From NCBI RefSeq assembly GCF_002571385.2, contig NW_019218039.1, positions 278,225-342,224 on the forward strand: a stretch of DNA of 64,000 bases, read 5' to 3'. Below the pieces are notes generated by a model. That model did no database searches. It had not been told where the DNA came from and worked only from the letters and a program-made list of their open reading frames with translations. Source of the DNA: Stylophora pistillata (Eukaryota). A program made the translations under genes and the position numbers. The first letter of the stretch is position 1. Each line of letters starts with the position of its first letter. Below are positions 1 through 12,131 of this stretch, in pieces.

Positions 1-231
1 TTTCCCTCTTCCGCTCCAGAAAAGGGTGTAACCTTCTCCGGGTTCCACAACGGATACTTCCTCAGCAAAGTGCACCTCCCTGAGGGCTGCAATGTCCACG
101 TTAAGCCTAGAAAGTTCTCTGGCCACAAGAGCAGAGCGTCTCTGTGGACGAGCGCCGTCGTCCGAGTGTAGCATGGTGCGTACATTCCAGCATGCTATTT
201 TCAAGCATTTCTTCGTTTGTTTGGTACCGCA
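1..231 (-). mobile_element. RTE-clade LINE, N-terminus of the AP-endonuclease (continues off the window)
   Basis: Minus-strand translation LKIACWNVRTML...RPQRRSALVARELSRLNVDIAALREVHF...GYTLFWSG matches the RTE/BovB-type APE start. Its 5' region probably resumes at 1376-1560 and 2130-2760. Confidence 0.8.
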
Positions 232-1375
232 TAGCCTGTGAAGCAAGCCCTGGGGGAGAGGAGGGGGGTTGGGGCAAGCGGAGTGTGCGGAGGGGAGAGG
301 GAGGGCTTGCCACAGACCCCCACTAACCAACGAAATTTTTGATCTCGTATAGACGAAAAATTCCCATTCGGTGAGAGCAGCAAGTTGTCAATCAACCCTC
401 GAACTAAACAGTGTTCGTGGCGACTACCTTTTAGAAAATGGCGGACGACGGTGATTTCGAGAGGTTCTGCCCTCAAGAATCGATGTTGAAGTAGAATATT
501 TGTGGCAGTCATCCACTTATTCAAGCTCAGGGCCTTGATAAGAATGGCGTCTCCATTCTCAGACTTGCCCTTAACCACAACATTGCAAAGCCGATGGACG
601 TTGGATCCAAATCATCAATGTTTAAATTTGTATCCATTGCTAAAGTTGAGGGTTGTCCTTTCATCAGCGAGTCAAACAACGCTTCCCTGCTAGATGTAGG
701 TTTTGCATGTGCCGGGGAGCGGACACGAAAGCTCTTTCTACCTGGACTTTTTCCTGTCGGTGTTGAGAACTTTCATTTCGATGAAACATCATGGGAATCC
801 GAGCATTAAGAAGCAGCGTTATTCAACAATTCATAAAACTGGCAAAAACTGTTAGCTTTTCTTGCACAAGGAAGGCATATAATTTGAGATATGTGCGACT
901 TATTTTCGAAGTGAAAACCGACAGTTCGAAGGCGATCGTCGAAGACACACTGAAATTCTTCCCTTTGACTCTGATTAAAAATGTTTACAAGACTCTCTAG
1001 GCCACTTCCAAATTTAATTCTTAAATCTACTCCACAAAACCGGCAAAGTACGTCTTCTGGATTAACCTTTGGCTTTCTCCCTCTCTTAGAGTTTGATACC
1101 AGATTCTCCTTGTCGTCTGACATTTCTTACTCACGTAGAGCAAGTTTTATTTGTTGTTTTGACATTTTTCATGGGTCATTGAGTCTCGCTAATGTCGTTT
1201 TCTGATTGGTTAATTTTAAGAGGCGCTGATTGACATATGCAAGACGATATGAATATGAAAATAGGGGGCGTTTCGTTAGTTAGTGGGGGTGTATGGCAAG
1301 CCCCCCCTCTCTCCTCTGCACATTCCGCTTCCCCCAATCCCCCCTCCTTTCCCCCAGGGCTTGCTTTGCAGGCTA
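232..1375. mobile_element. Non-autonomous TIR DNA transposon (TAGCCTG...CAGGCTA ends, about 105-bp TIRs, 8-bp TSD) inserted in the RTE LINE
   Basis: 232-335 is the imperfect reverse complement of about 1271-1375. GTACCGCA flanks both ends (224-231 and 1376-1383). Confidence 0.85.
806..1123 (-). pseudogene. ZAD/zf-AD-like C4 zinc-finger ORF remnant inside the TIR element
   Basis: CRFC...(about 55 aa)...ICLPC spacing, preceded by the basic motif KRGRKPK. Confidence 0.5.
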
Positions 1376-1559
1376 GTACCGCATGGAGAGATGACCTGTT
1401 GGCAGCAGTGAGCCAACCAGGTTGAGTGAGGGAAGCTGTTTTTGGGTCACCTTTTCTAGACCCGTCTCCATGGGGAGCAAGCAGCGCTGTCCCTAAAGAG
1501 GGCTGGTTAGTTGTCTTGGGCAAAACCGGATGATACTACTGTTCATCAGTATGGTCTTC

Positions 1560-2131
1560 CACATCAGCTTGTAATGTTCATAAGCTACAATATGTTCAAA
1601 ATTTTGCCGCCCGCATTATTTGCAATGTAAGGAAGTACGATCATATTTCTTCCACGTTAAGGAATCCATGCTGGCTGCTGGTAAAATGAATCCTGTACTA
1701 TCGTGACGCTACCTCATCATTCAAATGTAAAACGGGCCTAGCGCCTGAATATTTGACATCCGAGCTTGTAACAAGAGGCAGCGTATCTGGGCGTATAACG
1801 AGGAACTTTCAACAACTCAACATTCTCCTTTTTAAAACTACAACAGGTCAGAGGACCTTTTATTGTAGAAGTGTAGCCATCTGGAATAAACTTGACTCTA
1901 GATTTGAAACTATGTGAGAAACCAGCTTCTTTTAAGAGAGCTTTGAAAAGGCATCTCCTGAATGATTTTTTATTTCAATAACCATTCTATTCTTAAAGTT
2001 ATAAGTAACTTATATTGTATTTAACGTGTTATTATTTAGTTTTGTATGTATAGTATCAAGTGGGTAAATTATGTAATTGTTTACTGAAAAGCCCCAGAAG
2101 GGGATGTGTTCAATAAAATGTATGTATGTAT
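1560..2131 (+). mobile_element. 3' fragment of a CR1/L2-type LINE
   Basis: Translation KLQYVQNFAARIICNVRKYDHIS; ends in AATAAAA followed by a (TGTA)n tail. Confidence 0.7.
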
Positions 2132-2989
2132 TTATGATGCCGTTGCCTTGATTCGACAGTCAAACGACCCTTGGCAAGGACCGCCCACATGGAGGATTGG
2201 AACTGCAGGTTCCAGTGCCATCTTGAATGTGCTGTTTTTGCCCCTCCCTCATCGTTGTAGGACTTTTCTCCTTCCCGTCTGTGCTGGTTGCTTGAAGTGA
2301 GAATCAGCAAGCGCAGACCAATTTCCACTCTTTAGGCCCAGGGACACTCTGCAGTGGCTTAGCAGACTGAGATGGCTGTGGCGACCTCAAGGCTGTAGGT
2401 TTTAGCTGAGAGTTACCCTCTCTTAGACACTGCCGGCTAAGGCGGACGAACTGCATCTGCCCGTGATTTGAAATCAATGTATTCCCTCATCTAGATGGAC
2501 TGTTCTCCCGAGCTGTTGAGCCCCGTCTGCCCGGAGCAAAAACTGGTTTGGAGGCACCAGTCAACTGCCTTAGCCCCTTCTCTCTGTCTGTAGAAACATG
2601 TTTCGCCGGGCTAAGGACTTGCTGCACGAGAAGGCCAGGGAGTTGGACTTCAGTTGGCAGTGGCTCCGTAGGAGCACACCATGGGAGGATGTTATAGGGA
2701 GGTGGGAGCTCGTCCCCACAACCCACCCCTGGCTATGCACTAGACACTGAATGAAAGCATGATGTGTAGTTAGGAACATAGCATGGTCTTTACAAGAGGA
2801 TAATGAAAAAAGGAAAAATTTTTCCGTTTCTAAAAATCCTTCCTTGTGATTCACGCTTACGATGCAAAGCGTTACTGATATACAGAAACCGGATTTAGTT
2901 TTGGACTGGTTGCCAATGGTAACTGTCAAACTGCAAAGCAAATAGATTGATTGTGTTCTAAATATGAAATAAAATTTAAAGGGTTGAAA

Positions 2990-4215
2990 ACGCAACGTCA
3001 TTTTCCATTCACATCTTTTGTGTTTGGGATCCAGCTCCAATACAAGATCACGGATCTGGATGTTGTCTCGAACGCAAAACCACTTGTTTCTTGGTAACAA
3101 GTTTGGGATGAAATACTTCATTCAACTTCTCCAGAAATCAGTGATTCTTTTTTGTGTGCTTCGGAGTAATTGTCGCGAATTGGTTCTTTCCTCTGGTTCT
3201 GGCTGTGGCGGTGGATTGTGATGGCCTAGAAGAAGGTCGTTTGGAGTGATCGGTGGAACTTCTCAGATATCGTCGCAACTGCATTATAGCGGTTGTCTGT
3301 TGACCAGGTAGGTAACTTCTGACAAGAATGTTCTCCATTGTTCTTCGGAATAGGCTTGGTTCTTTCAAGTGGCATTAAGTGCTTGTCTGACCGACTTAAT
3401 CAGGGTCTCAACAAGTCCGTTTTGGTGACTTACATGTGGTGTGTTCTACTCCCATCTGAACTCACAGCCAAACGTAATAAAGAGGACACTACTGCCAAAA
3501 TCTTTTTCTGGCCTCGTGTATTAAATTCTTGTAGCCACGATGCCCACGTCGTTCATGGAGAACATGCAGAAGCAACTTCAAACGGGTGGTCTTGTGGTTA
3601 AGATAATAGGCTTTCTGAACTTTTCAGGGAGGGATCTGACATCTTCAAGTCAACCATGTGCACAGAGAAGGCCATCTTCACCCTTCTTTGCCACCAGTTT
3701 CTTATCCAAACTCCCTTCGTCGACGTGAAATTGACCCAACTTCAGAAGACATGCCTCGGCAGCCCTCAGTTCCTGAACTGAAATGGGTCCTGACCTCAGG
3801 TTAATTTTCCAAGCATTGCGAATAAAACGACAGACATAGGCAAGAGTTCTCTGTATCTATGAGTACGTAGAACATGTTTTCAGCAAATGTGAATGGATAG
3901 GATTTTCTTCAAATTCAGGCTGATCTAGTTCAGGGCATACTTCTGCAAAGGCACTGATGTTCACTGGCTTTCTTCTCTTTCTAAAACGTTTTCTTCTCTT
4001 TTAATCCTTCGGGGTTGTCCACATGAGCGTTAACTTGGGTGTGGTCTTGAAAGCTGGGCCACTTTTCCTCTGGCAACTCTAGGAATGATGGTCCTTCTGA
4101 CCACTTCATGAGATGATTAAGATGGATTCCTCTCGTTAGAGCATCTGGAGGGTTATGGTTAGTCTTGATGTAGCGAATTTGGTCTGCCCCAATTGACTCT
4201 TGAAAAGTGTTATAA
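2990..4215 (-). mobile_element. BEL/Pao LTR retrotransposon fragment (end of RNase H, integrase, DUF5641-like C-terminus), degenerate
   Basis: NPPDALTRG...KWSEGPSFL and FWRS.MKYFIPNLLPRNKW...DLVLELDP motifs, with stops and frameshifts. Confidence 0.75.
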
Positions 4216-5068
4216 TGCTGTAATTGTTTGTTAAGTTCAGGTTTGATCTTATTTATATATAAAAAGCTTCTTTGAATTTTTAATGAATTGAGTTAGCAGA
4301 ATCCAGAATACTAAAACAAGAAGGGGAGTATTTGTTCTTACAAGAAGNNNNNNNNNNNNNNNNNNNNNNNNNNNNNNNNNNNNNNNNNNNNNNNNNNNNN
4401 NNNNNNNNNNNNNNNNNNNNNNNNNNNNNNNNNNNNNNNNNNNNNNNNNNNNNNNNNNNNNNNNNNNNNNNNNNNNNNNNNNNNNNNNNNNNNNNNNNNN
4501 NNNNNNNNNNNNNNNNNNNNNNNNNNNNNNNNNNNNNNNNNNNNNNNNNNNNNNNNNNNNNNNNNNNNNNNNNNNNNNNNNNNNNNNNNNNNNNNNNNNN
4601 NNNNNNNNNNNNNNNNNNNNNNNNNNNNNNNNNNNNNNNNNNNNNNNNNNNNNNNNNNNNNNNNNNNNNNNNNNNNNNNNNNNNNNNNNNNNNNNNNNNN
4701 NNNNNNNNNNNNNNNNNNNNNNNNNNNNNNNNNNNNNNNNNNNNNNNNNNNNNNNNNNNNNNNNNNNNNNNNNNNNNNNNNNNNNNNNNNNNNNNNNNNN
4801 NNNNNNNNNNNNNNNNNNNNNNNNNNNNNNNNNNNNNNNNNNNNNNNNNNNNNNNNNNNNNNNNNNNNNNNNNNNNNNNNNNNNNNNNNNNNNNNNNNNN
4901 NNNNNNNNNNNNNNNNNNNNNNNNNNNNNNNNNNNNNNNNNNNNNNNNNNNNNNNNNNNNNNNNNNNNNNNNNNNNNNNNNNNNNNNNNNNNNNNNNNNN
5001 NNNNNNNNNNNNNNNNNNNNNNNNNNNNNNNNNNNNNNNNNNNNNNNNNNNNNNNNNNNNAATAAAAA

Positions 5069-5086
5069 ATATATATATATATATAT
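5069..5086. repeat. (TA)n microsatellite, left flank of the retrozyme array
   Basis: ATATAT run directly abutting the first 245-bp unit. Confidence 0.9.
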
Positions 5087-5278
5087 AGCTCTTTGGCATA
5101 CAAAGCTTTGCTTTCATGTCCAAATTGAGCACTCTATCTAGGATGAGTCATTGCCGTTGCAATTGCGCATGCTCGCTGGTTTACTCTAGTTTGAGCACTC
5201 TGGCATGGCTTAGACGATACCACAAAGGTTGGGTCGTTTGGGGTGACCGTCTCGGTTCTCCCCCATCCTAGCATTAGC

Positions 5279-5324
5279 ACTGCACTGATGAGGCCCAGAA
5301 GGCCGAAACAGTACTGTCTGCAGT
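5279..5324 (+). ncRNA. Type I hammerhead ribozyme, copy 1 (repeats every 245 bp; copies 1-6 intact)
   Basis: Stem I ACTGCA (5279-5284)/TGCAGT (5319-5324); core CTGATGA 5285-5291; stem II GGCC-CAGAA-GGCC; GAAA 5305-5308; palindromic stem III ACAGTACTGT; cleavage triplet GTC, with the cut predicted after 5318. Confidence 0.93.
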
Positions 5325-6748
5325 TAGATATAGCTCTTTGGCATACAAAGCTTTGCTTTCATGTCCAAATTGAGCACTCTATCTAGGATGAGTCATTGCC
5401 GTTGCAATTGCGCATGCTCGCTGGTTTACTCTAGTTTGAGCACTCTGGCATGGCTTAGACGATACCACAAAGGTTGGGTCGTTTGGGGTGACCGTCTCGG
5501 TTCTCCCCCATCCTAGCATTAGCACTGCACTGATGAGGCCCAGAAGGCCGAAACAGTACTGTCTGCAGTTAGATATAGCTCTTTGGCATACAAAGCTTTG
5601 CTTTCATGTCCAAATTGAGCACTCTATCTAGGATGAGTCATTGCCGTTGCAATTGCGCATGCTCGCTGGTTTACTCTAGTTTGAGCACTCTGGCATGGCT
5701 TAGACGATACCACAAAGGTTGGGTCGTTTGGGGTGACCGTCTCGGTTCTCCCCCATCCTAGCATTAGCACTGCACTGATGAGGCCCAGAAGGCCGAAACA
5801 GTACTGTCTGCAGTTAGATATAGCTCTTTGGCATACAAAGCTTTGCTTTCATGTCCAAATTGAGCACTCTATCTAGGATGAGTCATTGCCGTTGCAATTG
5901 CGCATGCTCGCTGGTTTACTCTAGTTTGAGCACTCTGGCATGGCTTAGACGATACCACAAAGGTTGGGTCGTTTGGGGTGACCGTCTCGGTTCTCCCCCA
6001 TCCTAGCATTAGCACTGCACTGATGAGGCCCAGAAGGCCGAAACAGTACTGTCTGCAGTTAGATATAGCTCTTTGGCATACAAAGCTTTGCTTTCATGTC
6101 CAAATTGAGCACTCTATCTAGGATGAGTCATTGCCGTTGCAATTGCGCATGCTCGCTGGTTTACTCTAGTTTGAGCACTCTGGCATGGCTTAGACGATAC
6201 CACAAAGGTTGGGTCGTTTGGGGTGACCGTCTCGGTTCTCCCCCATCCTAGCATTAGCACTGCACTGATGAGGCCCAGAAGGCCGAAACAGTACTGTCTG
6301 CAGTTAGATATAGCTCTTTGGCATACAAAGCTTTGCTTTCATGTCCAAATCGAGCACTCTATCTAGGATGAGTCATTGCCGTTGCAATTGCGCATGCTCG
6401 CTGGTTTACTCTAGTTTGAGCACTCTGGCATGGCTTAGACGATACCACAAAGGTTGGGTCGTTTGGGGTGACCGTCTCGGTTCTCCCCCATCCTAGCATT
6501 AGCACTGCACTGATGAGGCCCAGAAGGCCGAAACAGTACTGTCTGCAGTTAGATATAGCTCTTTGGCATACAAAGCTTTGCTTTCATGTCCAAATTGAGC
6601 ACTCTATCTAGGATGAGTCATTGCCGTTGCAATTGCGCATGCTCGCTGGTTTACTCTAGTTTGAGCACTCTGGCATGGCTTAGACGATACCACAAAGGTT
6701 GGGTCGTTTGGGGTGACCGTCTCGGTTCTCCCCCATCCTAGCATTAGC

Positions 6749-6794
6749 ACTGCACTGATAAGGCCCAGAAGGCCGAAACAGTACTGTCTGCAGT
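6749..6794 (+). ncRNA. Hammerhead copy 7 with core mutation G8A (CTGATAA), probably inactive
   Basis: Position 6760 is A instead of G while C3 is retained, breaking the C3-G8 tertiary pair. Confidence 0.75.
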
Positions 6795-6797
6795 TAG

Positions 6798-6834
<37 letters not shown>

Positions 6835-6895
6835 TTAGATATATATAATGTGCATGGAATATAATATGCACATTATATATATAATGTGCATTGAA
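6798..6895. repeat. (TA)n microsatellite and short palindromes (TGCACATTA-(TA)n-TAATGTGCA)
   Basis: Read directly; a paralogous tract lies at 13881-13968. Confidence 0.85.
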
Positions 6896-6899
6896 GATT

Positions 6900-9800
6900 A
6901 TAATAAGTATTAATTATATGAAGAAAATTAAATATAACCCTATATAAAACTATTTACAAATAAGTACATAGAATAAAATATAATAAAAAGCTAATCTAAA
7001 AAAGTGAGACTTTAAGGAGCTCTTGAATTTTGACAGGTGTCTCTCGTTACAAAGCTCCTTAGGGAGGCTGTTCTAGAGTCTTGGTGCTGCAGGAGAAAAT
7101 GCACGATCACCTAATGTTTTCAAAGTTCTTTTCGGTTGTGACAACAGAAGTCCTCTATTTGATCTAAGGTTATAACCACTATTCTCTTTAATAGTAATTA
7201 ACTCTCTCAAATATGTAGGGGCAAGTCGATGGAGTGCCTCAAAAGTCATTAGAACTACTTTAAATTCGATTCTGAATTTTACAGGAAGCCAGTGTAGAGA
7301 TCTTAGAACTGGTGTCATATGGTCAAACCTTGGTATATTGAAAATCAATCTTGCTGCTGAATTCTGAAGGCGCTGTAACTTGTTAACATACTTTAGGGGC
7401 AGTCCACATAGAATGCTGTCACAGTAATCAATACGCCCAATTATTAGTGCGTGAATTAATGATTGTGTTGCCTCATGACTTAAGTATTTCCTAATACGCC
7501 TTACATTAATTAAATGGTAATATGCAGCCTTACATGTGTGATTTATATGAGCATGCATGCTCATGTTGTCATCAAACCAAGATCCTAAATTTTTCACAGA
7601 GGAAACTGAAGATACACAGGTATCACCTATCTTATTAGAGCTAAAATGGACCTTTGACAACTGCTGCCGTGTCCCTATAACCATAAATTCTGACTTCCTA
7701 TCATTGATCTTAAGCTTGTCCCTTAACATCCACGCTTGTATGTCAAGTATGGGGATAGGAGGATAGGATAGGATAGATAGTTTATTCACCTTAAAAAACT
7801 TGCACCCAAGAGCTGAATTGCGATAAGGTTTACAAATGCAAAATTTGCAACTTACTAAAATAATTAATTACAACTAATTAGTTAATTTACTAATTAAAAA
7901 ATGTTACAGAATGACAAATTCACAAGCATGCGTCGAATTCCTATGTAAAATAAGAAACAAAATAATATCTAATTATCATCTACAATAAACGTAACTTAAA
8001 AGAAAACTATTGTTGCACCTTTCAGTTTTACATCTCGGACAAAATATAGAATATATGTTCTTTGTTCTCTCAGATAGTAGCCAGGTTGGTATTTGCTTGG
8101 AAGTAGTTTATGAAGACTGTGAGATTGATTTATCACATATTTCATTGAACAACTTTGCCACGATTGCCTCTCTTCTATTATACAGCGTTAAAAGTCCATC
8201 TGCCTGGTGCAGATTCTGGCTTAAATGCCAAATGTAGTTGCGTATCATCAGCTTATGTATGGACACTAGGAAGGTACTTACCAACCGCTTCAAACAATTT
8301 GCTCGCATAAATTGTGAACAATAGCGGTCCCAAGCATGACTCTTGGGGAACGCCTTCTTGAGGATCAAAAGCATCTGCGCAGTATGCATTGAGTGAAATC
8401 CACTGAATGTGCCCATAGAGGTATGAAGAAAACCACCTCAATGCAGTCCCTCTTATTCCAAAGCTAGATTTGAGGCGGAACAATAGCACAGATAGAGATA
8501 GATCGATAGATGGCTTTATTCAAAAACTTCGCAACCAAAGGGCTGAGCTATGTTATTGTTACAATACTAAGTAAAGATATATATAAAAAATGACCCAAAA
8601 AATTACAAAATGTATTTGTGTGAAAATTAATCTATACCTGTATATATATGTAAGTGTATAAAAGACAAGTTAAATAATCAGATATTTTACATAATTACAT
8701 GTTCATAATTAAGATAATTTTAATTATAAAACGGTGCTAGCCTTCCTCGCATTGTTATTAATAAAACCTAGTTGTGTTCTTTTAGTTAAAAACTTGGCGA
8801 TAGAGAGTGGTCTACGGTGTCAAATACTGCGCTAAGATCGAGTAACACTCATAATACAACATGGTGACTATTCATAGACACCAGAATGTCATTTTGTATC
8901 TTTAGAAACGCTGTCTCTGTGCTATAGCCCTTTCTGTAAGCAGACTGCAATACGGGGTAGAGATCGTGATAGGACAAATGAGCATGCATCTGATAAAACA
9001 CTGCAAGTTCTACAAGTTTTGAGATATACTGAAGATTGCAAACTGGTCGAAAATTGTTGAAGTCATTCACCCCCGCTTTCCTACATCTTGGATCAACAAG
9101 TGCCTCCTTCCAGACATCGGGAAAATGACCTGCTGGTAAGAATGAATTTATCATTGTGGTTATCACGAGTAGCAAATTCTCAAGGGATTCGAGAACCAAT
9201 TTTGTCGGCAAGGGGTCAAGACCACAATGTTTCTTTGATGATCGTTTTATGAGATCTTGTATGTCATTTCCAGAAAGAGGCTTGAACGATGAGAGTGCAC
9301 GTGCATCATCCACAACGGGATCCTCTGAGATTACCTCTACGTTTGTCCCAGCCATGGTATCTATGTAGTCGCGGATTCTTACTATCTTGTTCCCAAAAGA
9401 CCTCCCAATATCATTGACCAATAACGATTTATCTTCATAGTCAGGAAATCATAGCGAGTCATTCTTTCCCAGAAGCCTTTTAGAGGCGTGAAATTGCCTC
9501 TCTTGGTCACTAATATTCTCCTCTACAAAACTTGTGAAGAATTTTCGTTTCGCCTCACTCAGAAGATAAATTGCATGATTGCTTCTCTTATTGAATATCT
9601 GAAGGTCAGCATCGCTCCTGGTTTTTCTCCATTTCCTTTCGGCTTTTTTGTGCAAGATCTTGGCATTGTGTATATCCTCTCTGTACCGCGGCACCGTATG
9701 CCTGGACATAACAGTCTTCGTTTTTACCGGGGCATCTAAATCGAGGATCTTAGAGTCTTGTTATGATTCAAAGCTAGGTTATCACACTCCAGAGGACCAG

Positions 9801-11200
9801 GAGTATTCATGCTTGGCCTTGCAACAGCATCTTTACACAAAGGTGACTCAGCTAAGTCATGCGGAAACGAAACCGCATCAATTGATTTGATCCTGTGATA
9901 CTTCACTTTGACTGTGATAGAAGGCTTCCGTGACTGCAAATTACACAAGATTGCAGCATGGTCTGACAAATAACGATCAACAAATGGGGGTCCTCGAATA
10001 ACCTCTTCTGCTAGACGGGTGATTATGGGATCTAAAGTATGGCCCTGAACGTGCGTAGGACCTTTTCACATGTTACTGTGAACCGAGAGAGTCCAAAAGA
10101 TCTAGAAAATTCCGTGCATCTGCATCGCATGGATCATCCACATGAATATACATGTCACCAACTCTTAAGAGTTGCTCCTGCAATAGAAGAATGGACTCCA
10201 TATATTGGGCGAACTCCGCACAAAAAGTCGTAATTGTGACAGGATGATCTTCTGAATAAGGGGACCGATAAACAATCACAATCCGAAACTTTTTTGTAGA
10301 ACATCCGCTGACCAGCCATTCTGAATATTCAAAAGATTCATGGTCGCCTCCATCATTGAGCAAATCTCTAAACATCATTCCAGTTCTACCTCCACGTCGA
10401 CCAATCCTGTTGTGATCAAGAAACTTATACCATTTGGACAAAGCTCAGCCCGCACAGCAGCATCTTCTTCGTTCAGCCAACTCTCAGTAAATGTCAGTAA
10501 ATCAGCCTTACAATCACAGACTTAATCGAATGTATCAGAAGTCTTGTTCCGCACCGAGCAAGTACTTAAACAACCCAGTAACAAAGTCTGTCGTCGATTT
10601 CCAGGGACGGCAGTAGAACAGCTGATCTTGATTAAATTCCTAATGTTGCATGACAATCCTTTTGCTTGTTGTTTTCCTTTTTTTCCACCCCACTTGACGA
10701 CCGTGTTGATAATTCTTCAGGTTCTGGATACAATTTAAACACAAGATCTCCAATCAACAATGCCATCTAATACTCCGTTGATGAAGGAATCTGTCTTTAT
10801 CAAATTTAACAATAGACACTGCCAAAGCCGCATCACTCAAATCAGCGCTATTGTTCTTGTTAACAATGCCATACGCATCCAACCAAAAGTACATTCGAGA
10901 TCCCTTCGATAAATTCGCTTCTCCTGCTGCATAGAGAAAACCTTTTTCGGTTCAGGATTGGCCTCCAACTTCTTGATAGCTTTAAAAGGCCTCCTGTGCA
11001 TCTTGGTTCCAGTAAAAACCATCCAAAATAACCGAAACCTTGGAGCAGCCAAAACTGCTTCCAATCCTCATTACCATTTTTTCATGTTTTATGTTTTAAT
11101 TGTACTTACAATTCTGTATTCCTTTCACGAAGTAAACCTTGTATTCATGTTACGATTCTTGCTCTGTACTTAGAGACTATTGACGAGATAGCGTCCCCTC
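6900..11200 (-). mobile_element. Near full-length degenerate CR1/L2-clade LINE (APE + RT), copy A
   Basis: APE motifs (LLTFTESWL, IVIVYRSPY, GDMYIHVD, SDHAAI) at 9740-10640. RT motifs (NFRPVCNL, QSAYRKGYSTETA, GVPQESCLGPLLF, YADD, LHWLPVKFRI) at 7070-9420. Two short foreign LINE-tail insertions at about 7750-8190 and 8490-8800. Confidence 0.85.
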
Positions 11201-11239
11201 TGTAGTTTCGAAGTGGGCGTTCTCTTTTATTAGAGATAT

Positions 11240-12131
11240 GCCCCTAGGGATGTTACATAACTAGACAGGGACTAAAAATAATTTCCTGCAAAACACTCCC
11301 TCTCCACTGCGGAAATTGTATCACATTACTTTGTGATTAGATTGAGCAACAATACGCATTTATAGCAACATTTGTAGTTGCTTATGTTTCATTACTTAGT
11401 TCTTCCTTCATAGCAATTAAGCAATGTTTATGGATTGGTCGATCATAAACTGAAGTTGCAGTTTTGATTCTAACTTTTCTCACAAGACCATCTGCTGCCG
11501 CATATGTAAGAAGGACCAGTCGAAGCTTCTATGTTCTTCTCGGAGTCGGTTCCAGTTCTAACACCAAATCTCTCTCATGGAGGTTTTCTCTCGGTCTGTA
11601 CCATTTGTTTCTGGGCAACCAAATTAGGTTCAAAATATTTTACCCAACACTTGCAGAACTCTTGAACCCGCATTTCTGTGCTTCTCGTGAGGTGCCGCAG
11701 ATTCACTGTTCTGGAGCAGGGGCAGAAAATGGTGGCCAATAAGAAGGTCGTTTGGCATAACAGGAGGGCTTTACCAGATTCCATCTCAACTGGAATGAAG
11801 AGGTCGACTGTTTATTAAATATGTCACTTGTGCAATATGTGTTCTCCACTGTTTCTCTGTGAATGACTGATTCTTGGAACAGACGTCCAACACTTGCCTC
11901 ACGGATTTAATAAAACTTTTGACTACTCCATTCCGATGGCTTGCACGAGGTACATTCCATTCGCACTTGAATGTGCATGAAAATGCATTTGACAAGACAC
12001 TCTGAATTCTGGGAATATCCCAGTCTTGCATTACTTCTCTTAAATATTGTTGTGCCCCAACAAAGTTTGTTCTGCAATCTGACCAACAGTTAATAGGTTG
12101 GCCTCTGAATGATGGAAATCTTCGAAATTCC
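11240..12131 (-). mobile_element. BEL/Pao integrase C-terminus, PPT and start of 3' LTR, copy A
   Basis: WSDCRTNFVGA...EWNVPRASHRNG...INSRPL; PPT GGAGAGGGAG followed by TGTTTTGCAGG on the minus strand near 11296. Confidence 0.75.

Larger units (their letters stand above)
5086..6797 (+). mobile_element. Non-LTR retrozyme array: 7 head-to-tail copies of a 245-bp unit, each with a type I hammerhead ribozyme
   Basis: Unit starts (TAGCTCTTTGG) at 5086, 5331, 5576, 5821, 6066, 6311 and 6556. Only two internal differences seen (6351 T>C, 6760 G>A). No ORF. Each unit has the CTGATGA...GAAAC...GTC core. Confidence 0.93.

Noticed and set aside
4249-5141. Long ORFs made of X (also at 37.4-37.9, 40.6-41.2, 54.1-54.6, 59.2-60.2 and 62.0-63.3 kb)
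   Set aside because: These are artefacts of N gaps.
5086-6797. CRISPR array or plain satellite interpretation of the 245-bp repeat
   Set aside because: There are no unique spacers or cas genes and the context is eukaryotic. The hammerhead core explains the unit better.
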